Made by a program: the position numbers and the translations under genes. The notes under the pieces are model-generated. The model was not told where the DNA came from. It worked only from the letters and a program-made list of their open reading frames with translations, and did no database searches. This document shows positions 12,850-29,000 of a stretch of 64,000 nucleotides of DNA, piece after piece. Within the stretch, counting starts at the first letter, position 1. Each line of letters starts with the position of its first letter. The DNA is from Balanoglossus misakiensis (taxonomy: Eukaryota > Animalia > Hemichordata). The stretch spans positions 14,608,550 to 14,672,549 of the forward strand of contig CM082579.2 in assembly GCA_040954595.2 (NCBI GenBank), written 5' to 3'.

Positions 12850-15800
12850 TGCAAAATATCAAAATTTCGTCGTTTTATGAAAAAAAATCATGGGTGAAAA
12901 TCATCAAAAAATAACAAATTTTCGACTTTGCAAAATCTCAAAATTTCGTCCATTTTTGAAAAAAAATCATGGGTAAAAATCATCAAAAAATGACAAATTT
13001 TGAAAAAAAAACGGGTGAAAATCATGAAAAAATGACAAATTTTCGACTTTGCAAAATCTCAAAATTTCGTCAATTTTTGAAAAAAAATCATGGGTGAAAA
13101 TCATCAAAAAATGACAAATTTTCGTCTTTGCAAAATCTCAAAATTTCGTCCATTTCTGAAAAAAAATTATGGGTAAAAATCATCAAAAATGACAAATTTT
13201 CATCTTTGCAAAATCCCAAATTTTCGTCGATTTTTGAAAAAAAATCATGGTTGAAAATCATCAAAAAATGACAAAATTTTCGACTTTGCAAAATCCCAAA
13301 TTTTCGTCGATTTTTGAAAAAAAATCATGGTTGAAAATCATCAAAAAATGACAAAATTTTCGACTTTGCAAAATCTCAAAATTTGGTCGATTTTTGAAAA
13401 AAAATCATGGGTGAAAATCATCAAAAAATGACAAATTTTCGACTTTGCAAAATCTCAACATTTCGTCGATTTTTGAAAAAAATCATGGGTGAAAATCATC
13501 AAAAAATGACAAATTTTCGACTTTGCAAAATCTCAACATTTCGTCGATTTTTGAAAAAAATCATGTGTGAAAATCATCAAAAAATGACAAATTTTCGACT
13601 TTGCAAAATCTCAAAATTTCGTCAATTTTTGAAAAAATCATGGGTGAAAATCATCAAAAAATAACAAATTTTCGTCTTTGCAAAATCTCAAAATTTCGTC
13701 CATTTAAAAAAAAAAACATGGGGGAAAATCATCAAAAAATGACAAATTTTCGACTTTGCAAAATCTCAAAATTTCGTCGATTTTTGAAAAAAATCATGGG
13801 TGAAAATCATCAAAAAATGACAAATTTTCGACTTTGCAAAATCTCAAAATTTCGTCGATTTTTGAAAAAAATCATGGGGGAAAATCATCAAAAAATAACA
13901 AATTTTCGACTGCAAAATCTCAAAATTTCGTCGATTTTTGAAAAAATCATGGGTGAAAATCATGAAAAAATGACAAATTTTCGACTGCAAAATCTGAAAA
14001 TTTCGTCGATTTTTGAAAAAAAATCATGGGTGAAAATCATCAAAAAATGACAAATTTTCGATTTTGCAAAATCTCAAAATTTCGTCGATTTTTGAAAAAA
14101 AACGGGTGAAAATCATCAAAAAATGACACATTTTCGTCGACTTTGCAAAATCTCAAAATTTCGTCGATTTTTGAAAAAAATCATGGGGGAAAATCATGAA
14201 AAAAATGACAAATTTTCCTCTTTGCAAAATCTCAAAATTTCGTCGATTTTTAAAAAAAAGACATGGGTGAAAATCATCAAAAAATAACAAATTTTCGACT
14301 TTGCAAAATCTCAAAATTTCGTCCATTTTTGAAAAAAAATCATGGGTAAAAATCATCAAAAAATGACAAATTTTGAAAAAAAACCGGGTGAAAATCATCA
14401 AAAAATGACACATTTACGACTTTGCAAAATCTCAAAATTTCGTCGATTTTTGAAAAAAAATCATGGGTGAAAATCATCAAAAAATAACAAATTTTCGATT
14501 TTGCAAAATCTCAAAATTTCGTCGATTTTTGAAAAAAAACGGGTGAAAATCATCAAAAAATTACACATTTTCGTCGACTTTGCAAAATCTCAAAATTTCG
14601 TCGATTTTTGAAAAAAATCATGGGGGAAAATCATGAAAAAAATGACAAATTTTCCTCTTTGCAAAATCTCAAAATTTCGTCGATTTTTAAAAAAAAGACA
14701 TGGGTGAAAATCATCAAAAAATAACAAATTTTCGACTTTGCAAAATCTCAAAATTTCGTCCATTTTTGAAAAAAAATCATGGGTAAAAATCATCAAAAAA
14801 TGACAAATTTTGAAAAAAAAACGGGTGAAAATCATCAAAAAATGACACATTTTCGACTTTGCAAAATCTCAAAATTTCGTCAATTTTTGAAAAAAAATCA
14901 TGGGTGAAAATCATCAAAAAATGACAAATTTTCGTCTTTGCAAAATCTCAAAATTTCGTCCATTTCTGAAAAAAAATTATGGGTAAAAATCATCAAAAAT
15001 GACAAATTTTCATCTTTGCAAAATCCCAAATTTTCGTCGATTTTTGAAAAAAAATCATGGTTGAAAATCATCAAAAAATGACAAAATTTTCGACTTTGCA
15101 AAATCTCAAAATTTGGTCGATTTTTGAAAAAAATCATGGGGGAAAATCATGAAAAAATGACAAATTCTCCTCTTTGCAAAATCTCAAAATTTCGTCGATT
15201 TTTGAAAAAAAATCATGGGTGAAAATCATCAAAAAATGACAAATTTTCGTCTTTGCAAAATCTCAAAATTTCGTCCATTTTTGAAAAAAATCACGGGTGA
15301 AAATCATCAAAAAATGACAAATTTTCGACTTTGCAAAATCTCAACATTTCGTCAATTTTTGAAAAAATCATGGGTGAAAATCATCAAAAAATGACAAATT
15401 TTCGACTTTGCAAAATCTCAAAATTTCGTCGATTTTTGAAAAAAATCATGGGGGAAAATCATGAAAAAATGACAAATTTTCCTCTCTGCAAAATCTCAAA
15501 ATTTCGTCGATTTTTGAAAAAAAATCATTGGTGAAAATCATCAAAAAATGACAAATTTTCCTCTTTGCAAAATCTCAAAATTTCGTCGATTTTTGAAAAA
15601 AAATCATGGTTAAAAATCATCAAAAAATGACAAAATTTTCGACTTTGTAAAATCACAAAATTTCGTCGATTTTGAAAAAAATCATAGGTTCGTCGATTTT
15701 TAAAAAAAAAACATGGGTGAAAATCATCAAAAAATGACAAATTTTGAAAAAAAAACGGGTGAAAATCATCAAAAAATGACACATTTTCCTCTGCAAAATC

Positions 15801-18800
15801 TCAAAATTTCGTCGTTTTTTGAAAAAAAATCATTGGTGAAAATCATCAAAAAATGACAAATTTTCGTCTTTGCAAAATCTCAAAATTTCGTCCATTTTTG
15901 ACAAAAAATCATGGGTAAAAATCATCAAAAATGACAAATTTTTGTCTTTGCAAAATCTCAAATTTTCGTCGATTTTTGAAAAAAATCATGGGGGAAAATC
16001 ATGAAAAAATGACAAATTTTCCTCTTTGCAAAATCTCAAAATTTCGTCGATTTTTGAAAAAAATCATGGGTGAAAATCATGAAAAAATGACAAATTTTCC
16101 TCTTTGCAAAATCTCAAAATTTCGTCGTTTTTTGAAAAAAAATCATGGGTGAAAATCATCAAAAAATGACAAATTTTCGTCTTTGCAAAATCTCAAAATT
16201 TCGTCCATTTTAGAAAAAAAATCATGGGTAAAAATCATCGAAAATGACAAATTTTCGTTTTTGCAAAATCTCAAATTTTCGTCGATTTTTGAAAAAAATC
16301 ATGGGGGAAAATCATGAAAAAATGACAAATTTTGAAAAAAAAACTGGTGAAAATCATCAAAAAATGACACATTTACGACTTTGCAAAATCTCAAAATTTC
16401 GTCGATTTTTGAAAAAAAATCATGGGTGAAAATCATCAAAAAATGACAAATTTTCGTCTTTGCAAAATCTCAAAATTTCGTCCATTTTTGAAAAAAAATC
16501 ATGGGTAAAAATCATCAAAAATGACAAATTTTCGTCTTTGCAAAATCTCAAATTTTCGTCGATTTTTTAAAAAAAATCATGGTTGAAAATCATCAAAAAA
16601 TGACAAAATTTTCGACTTTGTAAAATCACAAAATTTCGTCGATTTTTGAAAAAAATCATGGGTGAAAATCATCAAAAAATGACAAATTTTCGACTTTGCA
16701 AAATCTCAACATTTCGTCGATTTTTGAAAAAAATCATGGGTGAAAATCATCAAAAAATGACAAATTTTCGACTTTGCAAAATCTCAAAATTTCGTCAATT
16801 TTTGAAAAAATCATGGGTAAAAATCATCAAAAAATGACAAAATTTTCGACTTTGCAAAATCTCAAAATTTCGTCGATTTTGAAAAATATCATAGGTTCGT
16901 CGATTTTTTAAAAAAAACATGGGTGAAAATCATCAAAAAATGACAAATTTTTGACTTTGCAAAATCTCACAATTTCGTCGATTTTTGAAAAAAATCATGG
17001 GTGAAAATCATCAAAAAATGACAAATTTTCGACTTTGCAAAATCTCAAAATTTCGTCGATTTTGAAAAAAACCATTGGGGGAAAATCATCAAAAAATGAC
17101 AAATTTTCGACTTTGCAAAATCTCAACATTTCGTCGATTTTTGAAAAAAATCATGGGTGAAAATCATCAAAAAATGACAAATTTTCGACTTTGCAAAATC
17201 TCAACATTTCGTCGATTTTTGAAAAAAATCATGGGTGAAAATCATCAAAAAATGACAAATTTTCGACTTTGCAAAATCTCAACATTTCGTCGATTTTTGA
17301 AAAAAATCATGGGTGAAAATCATCAAAAAATGACAAATTTTCGACTTTGCAAAATCTCAAAATTTCGTCGATTTTGAAAAAAACCATTCGGGGAAAATCA
17401 TCAAAAAATGACAAATTTTCGACTTTGCAAAATCTCAACATTTCGTCGATTTTTGAAAAAAATCATGGGTGAAAATCATCAAAAAATGACAAATTTTCCT
17501 CTTTGCAAAATATCAAAATTTCGTCGTTTTATGAAAAAAAATCATGGGTGAAAATCATCAAAAAATAACAAATTTTCGACTTTGCAAAATCTCAAAATTT
17601 CGTCCATTTTTGAAAAAAAATCATGGGTAAAAATCATCAAAAAATGACAAATTTTGAAAAAAAAACGGGTGAAAATCATGAAAAAATGACAAATTTTCGA
17701 CTTTGCAAAATCTCAAAATTTCGTCAATTTTTGAAAAAAAATCATGGGTGAAAATCATCAAAAAATGACAAATTTTCGTCTTTGCAAAATCTCAAAATTT
17801 CGTCCATTTCTGAAAAAAAATTATGGGTAAAAATCATCAAAAATGACAAATTTTCATCTTTGCAAAATCCCAAATTTTCGTCGATTTTTGAAAAAAAATC
17901 ATGGTTGAAAATCATCAAAAAATGACAAAATTTTCGACTTTGCAAAATCCCAAATTTTCGTCGATTTTTGAAAAAAAATCATGGTTGAAAATCATCAAAA
18001 AATGACAAAATTTTCGACTTTGCAAAATCTCAAAATTTGGTCGATTTTTGAAAAAAAATCATGGGTGAAAATCATCAAAAAATGACAAATTTTCGACTTT
18101 GCAAAATCTCAACATTTCGTCGATTTTTGAAAAAAATCATGGGTGAAAATCATCAAAAAATGACAAATTTTCGACTTTGCAAAATCTCAACATTTCGTCG
18201 ATTTTTGAAAAAAATCATGTGTGAAAATCATCAAAAAATGACAAATTTTCGACTTTGCAAAATCTCAAAATTTCGTCAATTTTTGAAAAAATCATGGGTG
18301 AAAATCATCAAAAAATAACAAATTTTCGTCTTTGCAAAATCTCAAAATTTCGTCCATTTAAAAAAAAAAACATGGGGGAAAATCATCAAAAAATGACAAA
18401 TTTTCGACTTTGCAAAATCTCAAAATTTCGTCGATTTTTGAAAAAAATCATGGGTGAAAATCATCAAAAAATGACAAATTTTCGACTTTGCAAAATCTCA
18501 AAATTTCGTCGATTTTTGAAAAAAATCATGGGGGAAAATCATCAAAAAATAACAAATTTTCGACTGCAAAATCTCAAAATTTCGTCGATTTTTGAAAAAA
18601 TCATGGGTGAAAATCATGAAAAAATGACAAATTTTCGACTGCAAAATCTGAAAATTTCGTCGATTTTTGAAAAAAAATCATGGGTGAAAATCATCAAAAA
18701 ATGACAAATTTTCGATTTTGCAAAATCTCAAAATTTCGTCGATTTTTGAAAAAAAACGGGTGAAAATCATCAAAAAATGACACATTTTCGTCGACTTTGC

Positions 18801-21400
18801 AAAATCTCAAAATTTCGTCGATTTTTGAAAAAAATCATGGGGGAAAATCATGAAAAAAATGACAAATTTTCCTCTTTGCAAAATCTCAAAATTTCGTCGA
18901 TTTTTAAAAAAAAGACATGGGTGAAAATCATCAAAAAATAACAAATTTTCGACTTTGCAAAATCTCAAAATTTCGTCCATTTTTGAAAAAAAATCATGGG
19001 TAAAAATCATCAAAAAATGACAAATTTTGAAAAAAAACCGGGTGAAAATCATCAAAAAATGACACATTTACGACTTTGCAAAATCTCAAAATTTCGTCGA
19101 TTTTTGAAAAAAAATCATGGGTGAAAATCATCAAAAAATAACAAATTTTCGATTTTGCAAAATCTCAAAATTTCGTCGATTTTTGAAAAAAAACGGGTGA
19201 AAATCATCAAAAAATTACACATTTTCGTCGACTTTGCAAAATCTCAAAATTTCGTCGATTTTTGAAAAAAATCATGGGGGAAAATCATGAAAAAAATGAC
19301 AAATTTTCCTCTTTGCAAAATCTCAAAATTTCGTCGATTTTTAAAAAAAAGACATGGGTGAAAATCATCAAAAAATAACAAATTTTCGACTTTGCAAAAT
19401 CTCAAAATTTCGTCCATTTTTGAAAAAAAATCATGGGTAAAAATCATCAAAAAATGACAAATTTTGAAAAAAAAACGGGTGAAAATCATCAAAAAATGAC
19501 ACATTTTCGACTTTGCAAAATCTCAAAATTTCGTCAATTTTTGAAAAAAAATCATGGGTGAAAATCATCAAAAAATGACAAATTTTCGTCTTTGCAAAAT
19601 CTCAAAATTTCGTCCATTTCTGAAAAAAAATTATGGGTAAAAATCATCAAAAATGACAAATTTTCATCTTTGCAAAATCCCAAATTTTCGTCGATTTTTG
19701 AAAAAAAATCATGGTTGAAAATCATCAAAAAATGACAAAATTTTCGACTTTGCAAAATCTCAAAATTTGGTCGATTTTTGAAAAAAATCATGGGGGAAAA
19801 TCATGAAAAAATGACAAATTCTCCTCTTTGCAAAATCTCAAAATTTCGTCGATTTTTGAAAAAAAATCATGGGTGAAAATCATCAAAAAATGACAAATTT
19901 TCGTCTTTGCAAAATCTCAAAATTTCGTCCATTTTTGAAAAAAATCACGGGTGAAAATCATCAAAAAATGACAAATTTTCGACTTTGCAAAATCTCAACA
20001 TTTCGTCAATTTTTGAAAAAATCATGGGTGAAAATCATCAAAAAATGACAAATTTTCGACTTTGCAAAATCTCAAAATTTCGTCGATTTTTGAAAAAAAT
20101 CATGGGGGAAAATCATGAAAAAATGACAAATTTTCCTCTCTGCAAAATCTCAAAATTTCGTCGATTTTTGAAAAAAAATCATTGGTGAAAATCATCAAAA
20201 AATGACAAATTTTCCTCTTTGCAAAATCTCAAAATTTCGTCGATTTTTGAAAAAAAATCATGGTTAAAAATCATCAAAAAATGACAAAATTTTCGACTTT
20301 GTAAAATCACAAAATTTCGTCGATTTTGAAAAAAATCATAGGTTCGTCGATTTTTAAAAAAAAAACATGGGTGAAAATCATCAAAAAATGACAAATTTTG
20401 AAAAAAAAACGGGTGAAAATCATCAAAAAATGACACATTTTCCTCTGCAAAATCTCAAAATTTCGTCGTTTTTTGAAAAAAAATCATTGGTGAAAATCAT
20501 CAAAAAATGACAAATTTTCGTCTTTGCAAAATCTCAAAATTTCGTCCATTTTTGACAAAAAATCATGGGTAAAAATCATCAAAAATGACAAATTTTTGTC
20601 TTTGCAAAATCTCAAATTTTCGTCGATTTTTGAAAAAAATCATGGGGGAAAATCATGAAAAAATGACAAATTTTCCTCTTTGCAAAATCTCAAAATTTCG
20701 TCGATTTTTGAAAAAAATCATGGGTGAAAATCATGAAAAAATGACAAATTTTCCTCTTTGCAAAATCTCAAAATTTCGTCGTTTTTTGAAAAAAAATCAT
20801 GGGTGAAAATCATCAAAAAATGACAAATTTTCGTCTTTGCAAAATCTCTAAATTTCGTCCATTTTAGAAAAAAAATCATGGGTAAAAATCATCGAAAATG
20901 ACAAATTTTCGTCTTTGCAAAATCTCAAATTTTCGTCGATTTTTGAAAAAAATCATGGGGGAAAATCATGAAAAAATGACAAATTTTGAAAAAAAAACTG
21001 GTGAAAATCATCAAAAAATGACACATTTACGACTTTGCAAAATCTCAAAATTTCGTCGATTTTTGAAAAAAAATCATGGGTGAAAATCATCAAAAAATGA
21101 CAAATTTTCGTCTTTGCAAAATCTCAAAATTTCGTCCATTTTTGAAAAAAAATCATGGGTAAAAATCATCAAAAATGACAAATTTTCGTCTTTGCAAAAT
21201 CTCAAATTTTCGTCGATTTTTTAAAAAAAATCATGGTTGAAAATCATCAAAAAATGACAAAATTTTCGACTTTGTAAAATCACAAAATTTCGTCGATTTT
21301 TGAAAAAAATCATGGGTGAAAATCATCAAAAAATGACAAATTTTCGACTTTGCAAAATCTCAACATTTCGTCGATTTTTGAAAAAAATCATGGGTGAAAA
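12850..21400 (+). repeat. 4654-bp tandem duplication (higher-order repeat) within the satellite; boundaries approximate
   Basis: Eleven ORF-track pairs at offset 4654: 13088/17742, 13407/18061, 13601/18255, 14153/18807, 14590/19244, 14898/19552, 15331/19985, 15525/20179, 15931/20585, 16244/20898, 16646/21300. Confidence 0.9.
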
Positions 21401-24400
21401 TCATCAAAAAATGACAAAATTTTCGACTTTGCAAAATCTCAAAATTTCGTCGATTTTGAAAAATATCATAGGTTCGTCGATTTTTTAAAAAAAAACATGG
21501 GTGAAAATCATCAAAAAATGACAAATTTTTGACTTTGCAAAATCTCACAATTTCGTCGATTTTTGAAAAAAATCATGGGTGAAAATCATCAAAAAATGAC
21601 AAATTTTCGACTTTGCAAAATCTCAAAATTTCGTCGATTTTGAAAAAAACCATTGGGGGAAAATCATCAAAAAATGACAAATTTTCGACTTTGCAAAATC
21701 TCAACATTTCGTCGATTTTTGAAAAAAATCATGGGTGAAAATCATCAAAAAATGACACATTTTCGACTTTGCAAAATCTCAAATTTTCGTCGATTTTTGA
21801 AAAAAAATAGAAGTTGAAAATCATCAAAAAATGACAAAATTTTCGACTTTGTAAAATCACAAAATTTCGTCGATTTTGAAAAAAATCATAGGTTCGTCGA
21901 TTTAAAAAAAAAAAACATGGGTGAAAATCATCAAAAAATGACAAATTTTCGACTTTGCAAAATCTCACAATTTCGTCGATTTTTGAAAAAAATCATGGGA
22001 GAAAATCATCAAAAAATGACAAATTTTCGACTTTGCAAAATCTCAACATTTCGTCGATTTTTGAAAAAAATCATGGGTGAAAATCATCAAAAAATGACAA
22101 ATTTTTGACTTTGCAAAATCTCAACATTTCGTCGATTTTTGAAAAAAATCATGGGTGAAAATCATCAAAAAATGACAAATTTTCGACTTTGCAAAATCTC
22201 AAAATTTTTTCGATTTTTGAAAAATATCATTGGTGAAAATCATCAAAAAATGACAAATTTTGAAAAAAAAACGGGTGAAAATCATCAAAAAATGACACAT
22301 TTTCGACTTTGCAAAATCTCAAAATTTTTTCGATTGTTGAAAAAAATCATGGGTAAAAATCATCAAAAATGACAAATTTTCGTCTTTGCAAAATCTCAAA
22401 ATTTCGTCCATTTTTAAAAAAAAATCATGGGGGAAATCATCAAAAAATGACAAATTTTCGATTTTGCAAAATCTCAAAATTTCGTCGATTTTTGAAAAAA
22501 AAACGGGTGAAAATCATCAAAAAATGACACATTTTCGTCGACTTTGCAAAATCTCAAAATTTCGTCGATTTTTTAAAAAAATCATGGGGGAAAATCATGA
22601 AAAAATGACAAATTCTCCTCTTTGCAAAATCTCAAAATTTCGTCGATTTTTGAAAAAAAATCATGGGTGAAAATCATCAAAAAATGACAAATTTTCGACT
22701 TTGCAAAATCTCAACATTTCGTCGATTTTTGAAAAAAATCATGGGTGAAAATCATCAAAAAATGACAAATTTTCGACTTTGCAAAATCTCAACATTTCGT
22801 CGATTTTTGAAAAAAATCATGTGTGAAAATCATCAAAAAATGACAAATTTTCGACTTTGCAAAATCTCAAAATTTCGTCAATTTTTGAAAAAATCATGGG
22901 TGAAAATCATCAAAAAATAACAAATTTTCGTCTTTGCAAAATCTCAAAATTTCGTCCATTTAAAAAAAAAAACATGGGGGAAAATCATCAAAAAATGACA
23001 AATTTTCGACTTTGCAAAATCTCAAAATTTCGTCGATTTTTGAAAAAAAATCATGGGTGAAAATCATCAAAAAATGACAAATTTTCGACTTTGCAAAATC
23101 TCAAAATTTCGTCGATTTTTGAAAAAAATCATGGGGGAAAATCATCAAAAAATTACAAATTTTCGACTGCAAAATCTCAAAATTTCGTCGATTTTTGAAA
23201 AAATCATGGGTGAAAATCATCAAAAAATGACAAATTTTCGACTTTGCAAAATCTCAAAATTTCGTCCATTTTTGAAAAAAAATCATGGGTAAAAATCATC
23301 AAAAAATGACAAATTTTGAAAAAAAACCGGGTGAAAATCATCAAAAAATGACACATTTACGACTTTGCAAAATCTCAAAATTTCGTCGATTTTTGAAAAA
23401 AAATCATGGGTGAAAATCATCAAAAAATAACAAATTTTCGATTTTGCAAAATCTCAAAATTTCGTCGATTTTTGAAAAAAAACGGGTGAAAATCATCAAA
23501 AAATTACACATTTTCGTCGACTTTGCAAAATCTCAAAATTTCGTCGATTTTTGAAAAAAATCATGGGGGAAAATCATGAAAAAAATGACAAATTTTCCTC
23601 TTTGCAAAATCTCAAAATTTCGTCGATTTTTAAAAAAAAGACATGGGTGAAAATCATCAAAAAATAACAAATTTTCGACTTTGCAAAATCTCAAAATTTC
23701 GTCCATTTTTGAAAAAAAATCATGGGTAAAAATCATCAAAAAATGACAAATTTTGAAAAAAAAACGGGTGAAAATCATCAAAAAATGACACATTTTCGAC
23801 TTTGCAAAATCTCAAAATTTCGTCAATTTTTGAAAAAAAATCATGGGTGAAAATCATCAAAAAATGACAAATTTTCGTCTTTGCAAAATCTCAAAATTTC
23901 GTCCATTTCTGAAAAAAATTTATGGGTAAAAATCATCAAAAATGACAAATTTTCATCTTTGCAAAATCCCAAATTTTCGTCGATTTTTGAAAAAAAATCA
24001 TGGTTGAAAATCATCAAAACGTGACAAAATTTTCGACTTTGCAAAATCTCAAAATTTGGTCGATTTTTGAAAAAAATCATGGGGGAAAATCATGAAAAAA
24101 TGACAAATTCTCCTCTTTGCAAAATCTCAAAATTTCGTCGATTTTTGAAAAAAAATCATGGGTGAAAATCATCAAAAAATGACAAATTTTCGTCTTTGCA
24201 AAATCTCAAAATTTCGTCCATTTTTGAAAAAAATCACGGGTGAAAATCATCAAAAAATGACAAATTTTCGACTTTGCAAAATCTCAACATTTCGTCAATT
24301 TTTGAAAAAATCATGGGTGAAAATCATCAAAAAATGACAAATTTTCGACTTTGCAAAATCTCAAAATTTCGTCGATTTTTGAAAAAAATCATGGGGGAAA

Positions 24401-26019
24401 ATCATGAAAAAATGACAAATATTCCTCTCTGCAAAATCTCAAAATTTCGTCGATTTTTGAAAAAAAAATCATTGGTGAAAATCATCAAAAAATGACAAAT
24501 TTTCCTCTTTGCAAAATCTCAAAATTTCGTCGATTTTTGAAAAAAAATCATGGTTAAAAATCATCAAAAAATGACAATTTTCGACTTTGTAAAATCACAA
24601 AATTTCGTCGATTTTGAAAAAAATCATAGGTTCGTCGATTTTTAAAAAAAAAACATGGGTGAAAATCATCAAAAAATGACAAATTTTGAAAAAAAAAAAC
24701 GGGTGAAAATCATCAAAAAATGACACATTTTCCTCTGCAAAATCTCAAAATTTCGTCGTTTTTTGAAAAAAAATCATTGGTGAAAATCATCAAAAAATGA
24801 CAAATTTTCGTCTTTGCAAAATCTCAAAATTTCGTCCATTTTTGACAAAAAATCATGGGTAAAAATCATCAAAAATGACAAATTTTTGTCTTTGCAAAAT
24901 CTCAAATTTTCGTCGATTTTTGAAAAAAATCATGGGGGAAAATCATGAAAAAATGACAAATTTTCCTCTTTGCAAAATCTCAAAATTTCGTCGTTTTTTG
25001 AAAAAAAATCATGGGTGAAAATCATCAAAAAATGACAAATTTTCGTCTTTGCAAAATCTCAAAATTTCGTCCATTTTAGAAAAAAAATCATGGGTAAAAA
25101 TCATCGAAAATGACAAATTTTCGTCTTTGCAAAATCTCAAATTTTCGTCGATTTTTGAAAAAAATCATGGGGGAAAATCATGAAAAAATGACAAATTTTG
25201 AAAAAAAAACTGGTGAAAATCATCAAAAAATGACACATTTACGACTTTGCAAAATCTCAAAATTTCGTCGATTTTTGAAAAAAAATCATGGGTGAAAATC
25301 ATCAAAAAATGACAAATTTTCGTCTTTGCAAAATCTCAAAATTTCGTCCATTTTTGAAAAAAAATCATGGGTAAAAATCATCAAAAATGACAAATTTTCG
25401 TCTTTGCAAAATCTCAAATTTTCGTCGATTTTTTAAAAAAAATCATGGTTGAAAATCATCAAAAAATGACAAAATTTTCGACTTTGTAAAATCACAAAAT
25501 TTCGTCGATTTTTGAAAAAAATCATGGGTGAAAATCATCAAAAAATGACAAATTTTCGACTTTGCAAAATCTCAACATTTCGTCGATTTTTGAAAAAAAT
25601 CATGGGTGAAAATCATCAAAAAATGACAAATTTTCGACTTTGCAAAATCTCAAAATTTCGTCAATTTTTGAAAAAATCATGGGTAAAAATCATCAAAAAA
25701 TGACAAAATTTTCGACTTTGCAAAATCTCAAAATTTCGTCGATTTTGAAAAATATCATAGGTTCGTCGATTTTTGAAAAAAAATCATGGTTGAAAATCAT
25801 CAAAAAATGACAAAATTTTCGACTTTGCAAAATCTCACAATTTCGTCGATTTTTGAAAAAAATCATGGGTGAAAATCATCAAAAAATGACAAAATTTTCG
25901 ACTTTGCAAAATCTCAAAATTTGGTCGATTTTTGAAAAAAAATCATGGGTGAAAATCATCAAAAAATGACAAATTTTCGACTTTGCAAAATCTCAACATT
26001 TCGTCGATTTTTGAAAAAA

Positions 26020-29000
26020 ATCATGGGTGAAAATCATCAAAAAATGACAAATTTTCGACTTTGCAAAATCTCAACATTTCGTCGATTTTTGAAAAAAATC
26101 ATGGGTGAAAATCATCAAAAAATGACAAATTTTCGACTTTGCAAAATCTCACAATTTCGTCGATTTTTGAAAAAAATTATGGGTGAAAATCATCAAAAAA
26201 TGACACATTTTCGACTTTGCAAAATCTCAAATTTTCGTCGATTTTTGAAAAAAAATAGAAGTTGAAAATCATCAAAAAATGACAAAATTTTCGACTTTGT
26301 AAAATCACAAAATTTCGTCGATTTTTGAAAAAAATCATGGGGGAAAATCATGAAAAAATGACAAATTTTGAAAAAAAAACTGGTGAAAATCATCAAAAAA
26401 TGACACATTTACGACTTTGCAAAATCTCACAATTTCGTCGATTTTTGAAAAAAATTATGGGTGAAAATCATCAAAAAATGACACATTTTCGACTTTGCAA
26501 AATCTCAAATTTTCGTCGATTTTTGAAAAAAAATAGAAGTTGAAAATCATCAAAAAATGACAAAATTTTCGACTTTGTAAAATCACAAAATTTCGTCGAT
26601 TTTGAAAAAAATCATAGGTTCGTCGATTTAAAAAAAAAAACATGGGTGAAAATCATCAAAAAATGACAAATTTTCGACTTTGCAAAATCTCACAATTTCG
26701 TCGATTTTTGAAAAAAATCATGGGAGAAAATCATCAAAAAATGACAAATTTTCGACTTTGCAAAATCTCAACATTTCGTCGATTTTTGAAAAAAATCATG
26801 GGTGAAAATCATCAAAAAATGACAAATTTTTGACTTTGCAAAATCTCAACATTTCGTCGATTTTTGAAAAAAATCATGGGTGAAAATCATCAAAAATGAC
26901 AAATTTTCGACTTTGCAAAATCTCAAAATTTCGTCAATTTTTGAAAAAATCATGGGTGAAAATCATCAAAAAATGACAAAATTTTCGACTTTGCAAAATC
27001 TCAAAATTTCGGCGATTTTGAAAAATATCATAGGTTCGTCGATTTTTTAAAAAAAAACATGGGTGAAAATCATCAAAAAATGACAAATTTTTGACTTTGC
27101 AAAATCTCAAAATTTCGTCAATTTTTGAAAAAATCATGGGTGAAAATCATCAAAAAATGACAAAATTTTCGACTTTGCAAAATCTCAAAATTTCGTCGAT
27201 TTTGAAAAATATCATAGGTTCGTCGATTTTTAAAAAAAAAACATGGGTGAAAATCATCAAAAAATGACAAATTTTTGACTTTGCAAAATCTCACAATTTC
27301 GTCGATTTTTGAAAAAAATTATAGGTGAAAATCATCAAAAAATGACAAATTTTCGACTTTGCAAAATCTCAAAATTTCGTCCATTTTAAAAAAAAACATG
27401 GGGGAAAATCCTCAAAAAATGACAAATTTTCGACTTTGCAAAATCTCAAAATTTCGTCGATTTTGAAAAAAACCATTGGGGGAAAATCATCAAAAAATGA
27501 CAAATTATCGACTTTGCAAAATCTCACAATTTCGTCGATTTTTGAAAAAAATCATGGGTGAAAATCATCAAAAAATTACAAATTTTCGACTTTGCAAAAT
27601 CTCAACATTTCGTCGATTTTTGAAAAAAATCATGGGTGAAAATCATCAAAAAATGACAAATTTTCGACTTTGCAAAATCTCAAAATTTCGTCAATTTTTG
27701 AAAAAATCATGGGTGAAAATCATAAAAAAATGACAAATTTTCGTCTATGCAAAATCTCAAAATTTCGTCAATTTTTGAAAAAAAATCATGGGTGAAAATC
27801 ATCAAAAAATGACACATTTTCGACTTTGCAAAATCTCAAAATTTCGTCGATTTTTGAAAAAAAATCATGGGTGAAAACCATCAAAAAATGACAAATTTTC
27901 GACTTTGCAAAATCTCAACATTTCGTCGATTTTTGAAAAAAATCATGGGTGAAAATCATCAAAAAATGACAAATTTTCGACTTTGCAAAATCTCACAATT
28001 TCGTCGATTTTTGAAAAAAATTATGGGTGAAAATCATCAAAAAATGACACATTTTCGACTTTGCAAAATCTCAAATTTTCGTCGATTTTTGAAAAAAAAT
28101 AGAAGTTGAAAATCATCAAAAAATGACAAAATTTTCGACTTTGTAAAATCACAAAATTTCGTCGATTTTTGAAAAAAATCATGGGGGAAAATCATGAAAA
28201 AATGACAAATTTTGAAAAAAAAACTGGTGAAAATCATCAAAAAATGACACATTTACGACTTTGCAAAATCTCACAACTTCGTCGATTTTTGAAAAAAATT
28301 ATGGGTGAAAATCATCAAAAAATGACACATTTTCGACTTTGCAAAATCTCAAATTTTCGTCGATTTTTGAAAAAAAATAGAAGTTGAAAATCATCAAAAA
28401 ATGACAAAATTTTCGACTTTGTAAAATCACAAAATTTCGTCGATTTTGAAAAAAATCATAGGTTCGTCGATTTAAAAAAAAAAACATGGGTGAAAATCAT
28501 CAAAAAATGACAAATTTTCGACTTTGCAAAATCTCACAATTTCGTCGATTTTTGAAAAAAATCATGGGAGAAAATCATCAAAAAATGACAAATTTTCGAC
28601 TTTGCAAAATCTCAACATTTCGTCGATTTTTGAAAAAAATCATGGGTGAAAATCATCAAAAAATGACAAATTTTTGACTTTGCAAAATCTCAACATTTCG
28701 TCGATTTTTGAAAAAAATCATGGGTGAAAATCATCAAAAATGACAAATTTTCGACTTTGCAAAATCTCAAAATTTCGTCAATTTTTGAAAAAATCATGGG
28801 TGAAAATCATCAAAAAATGACAAAATTTTCGACTTTGCAAAATCTCAAAATTTCGGCGATTTTGAAAAATATCATAGGTTCGTCGATTTTTTAAAAAAAA
28901 ACATGGGTGAAAATCTTCAAAAAATGACAAATTTTTGACTTTGCAAAATCTCAAAATTTCGTCAATTTTTGAAAAAATCATGGGTGAAAATCATCAAAAA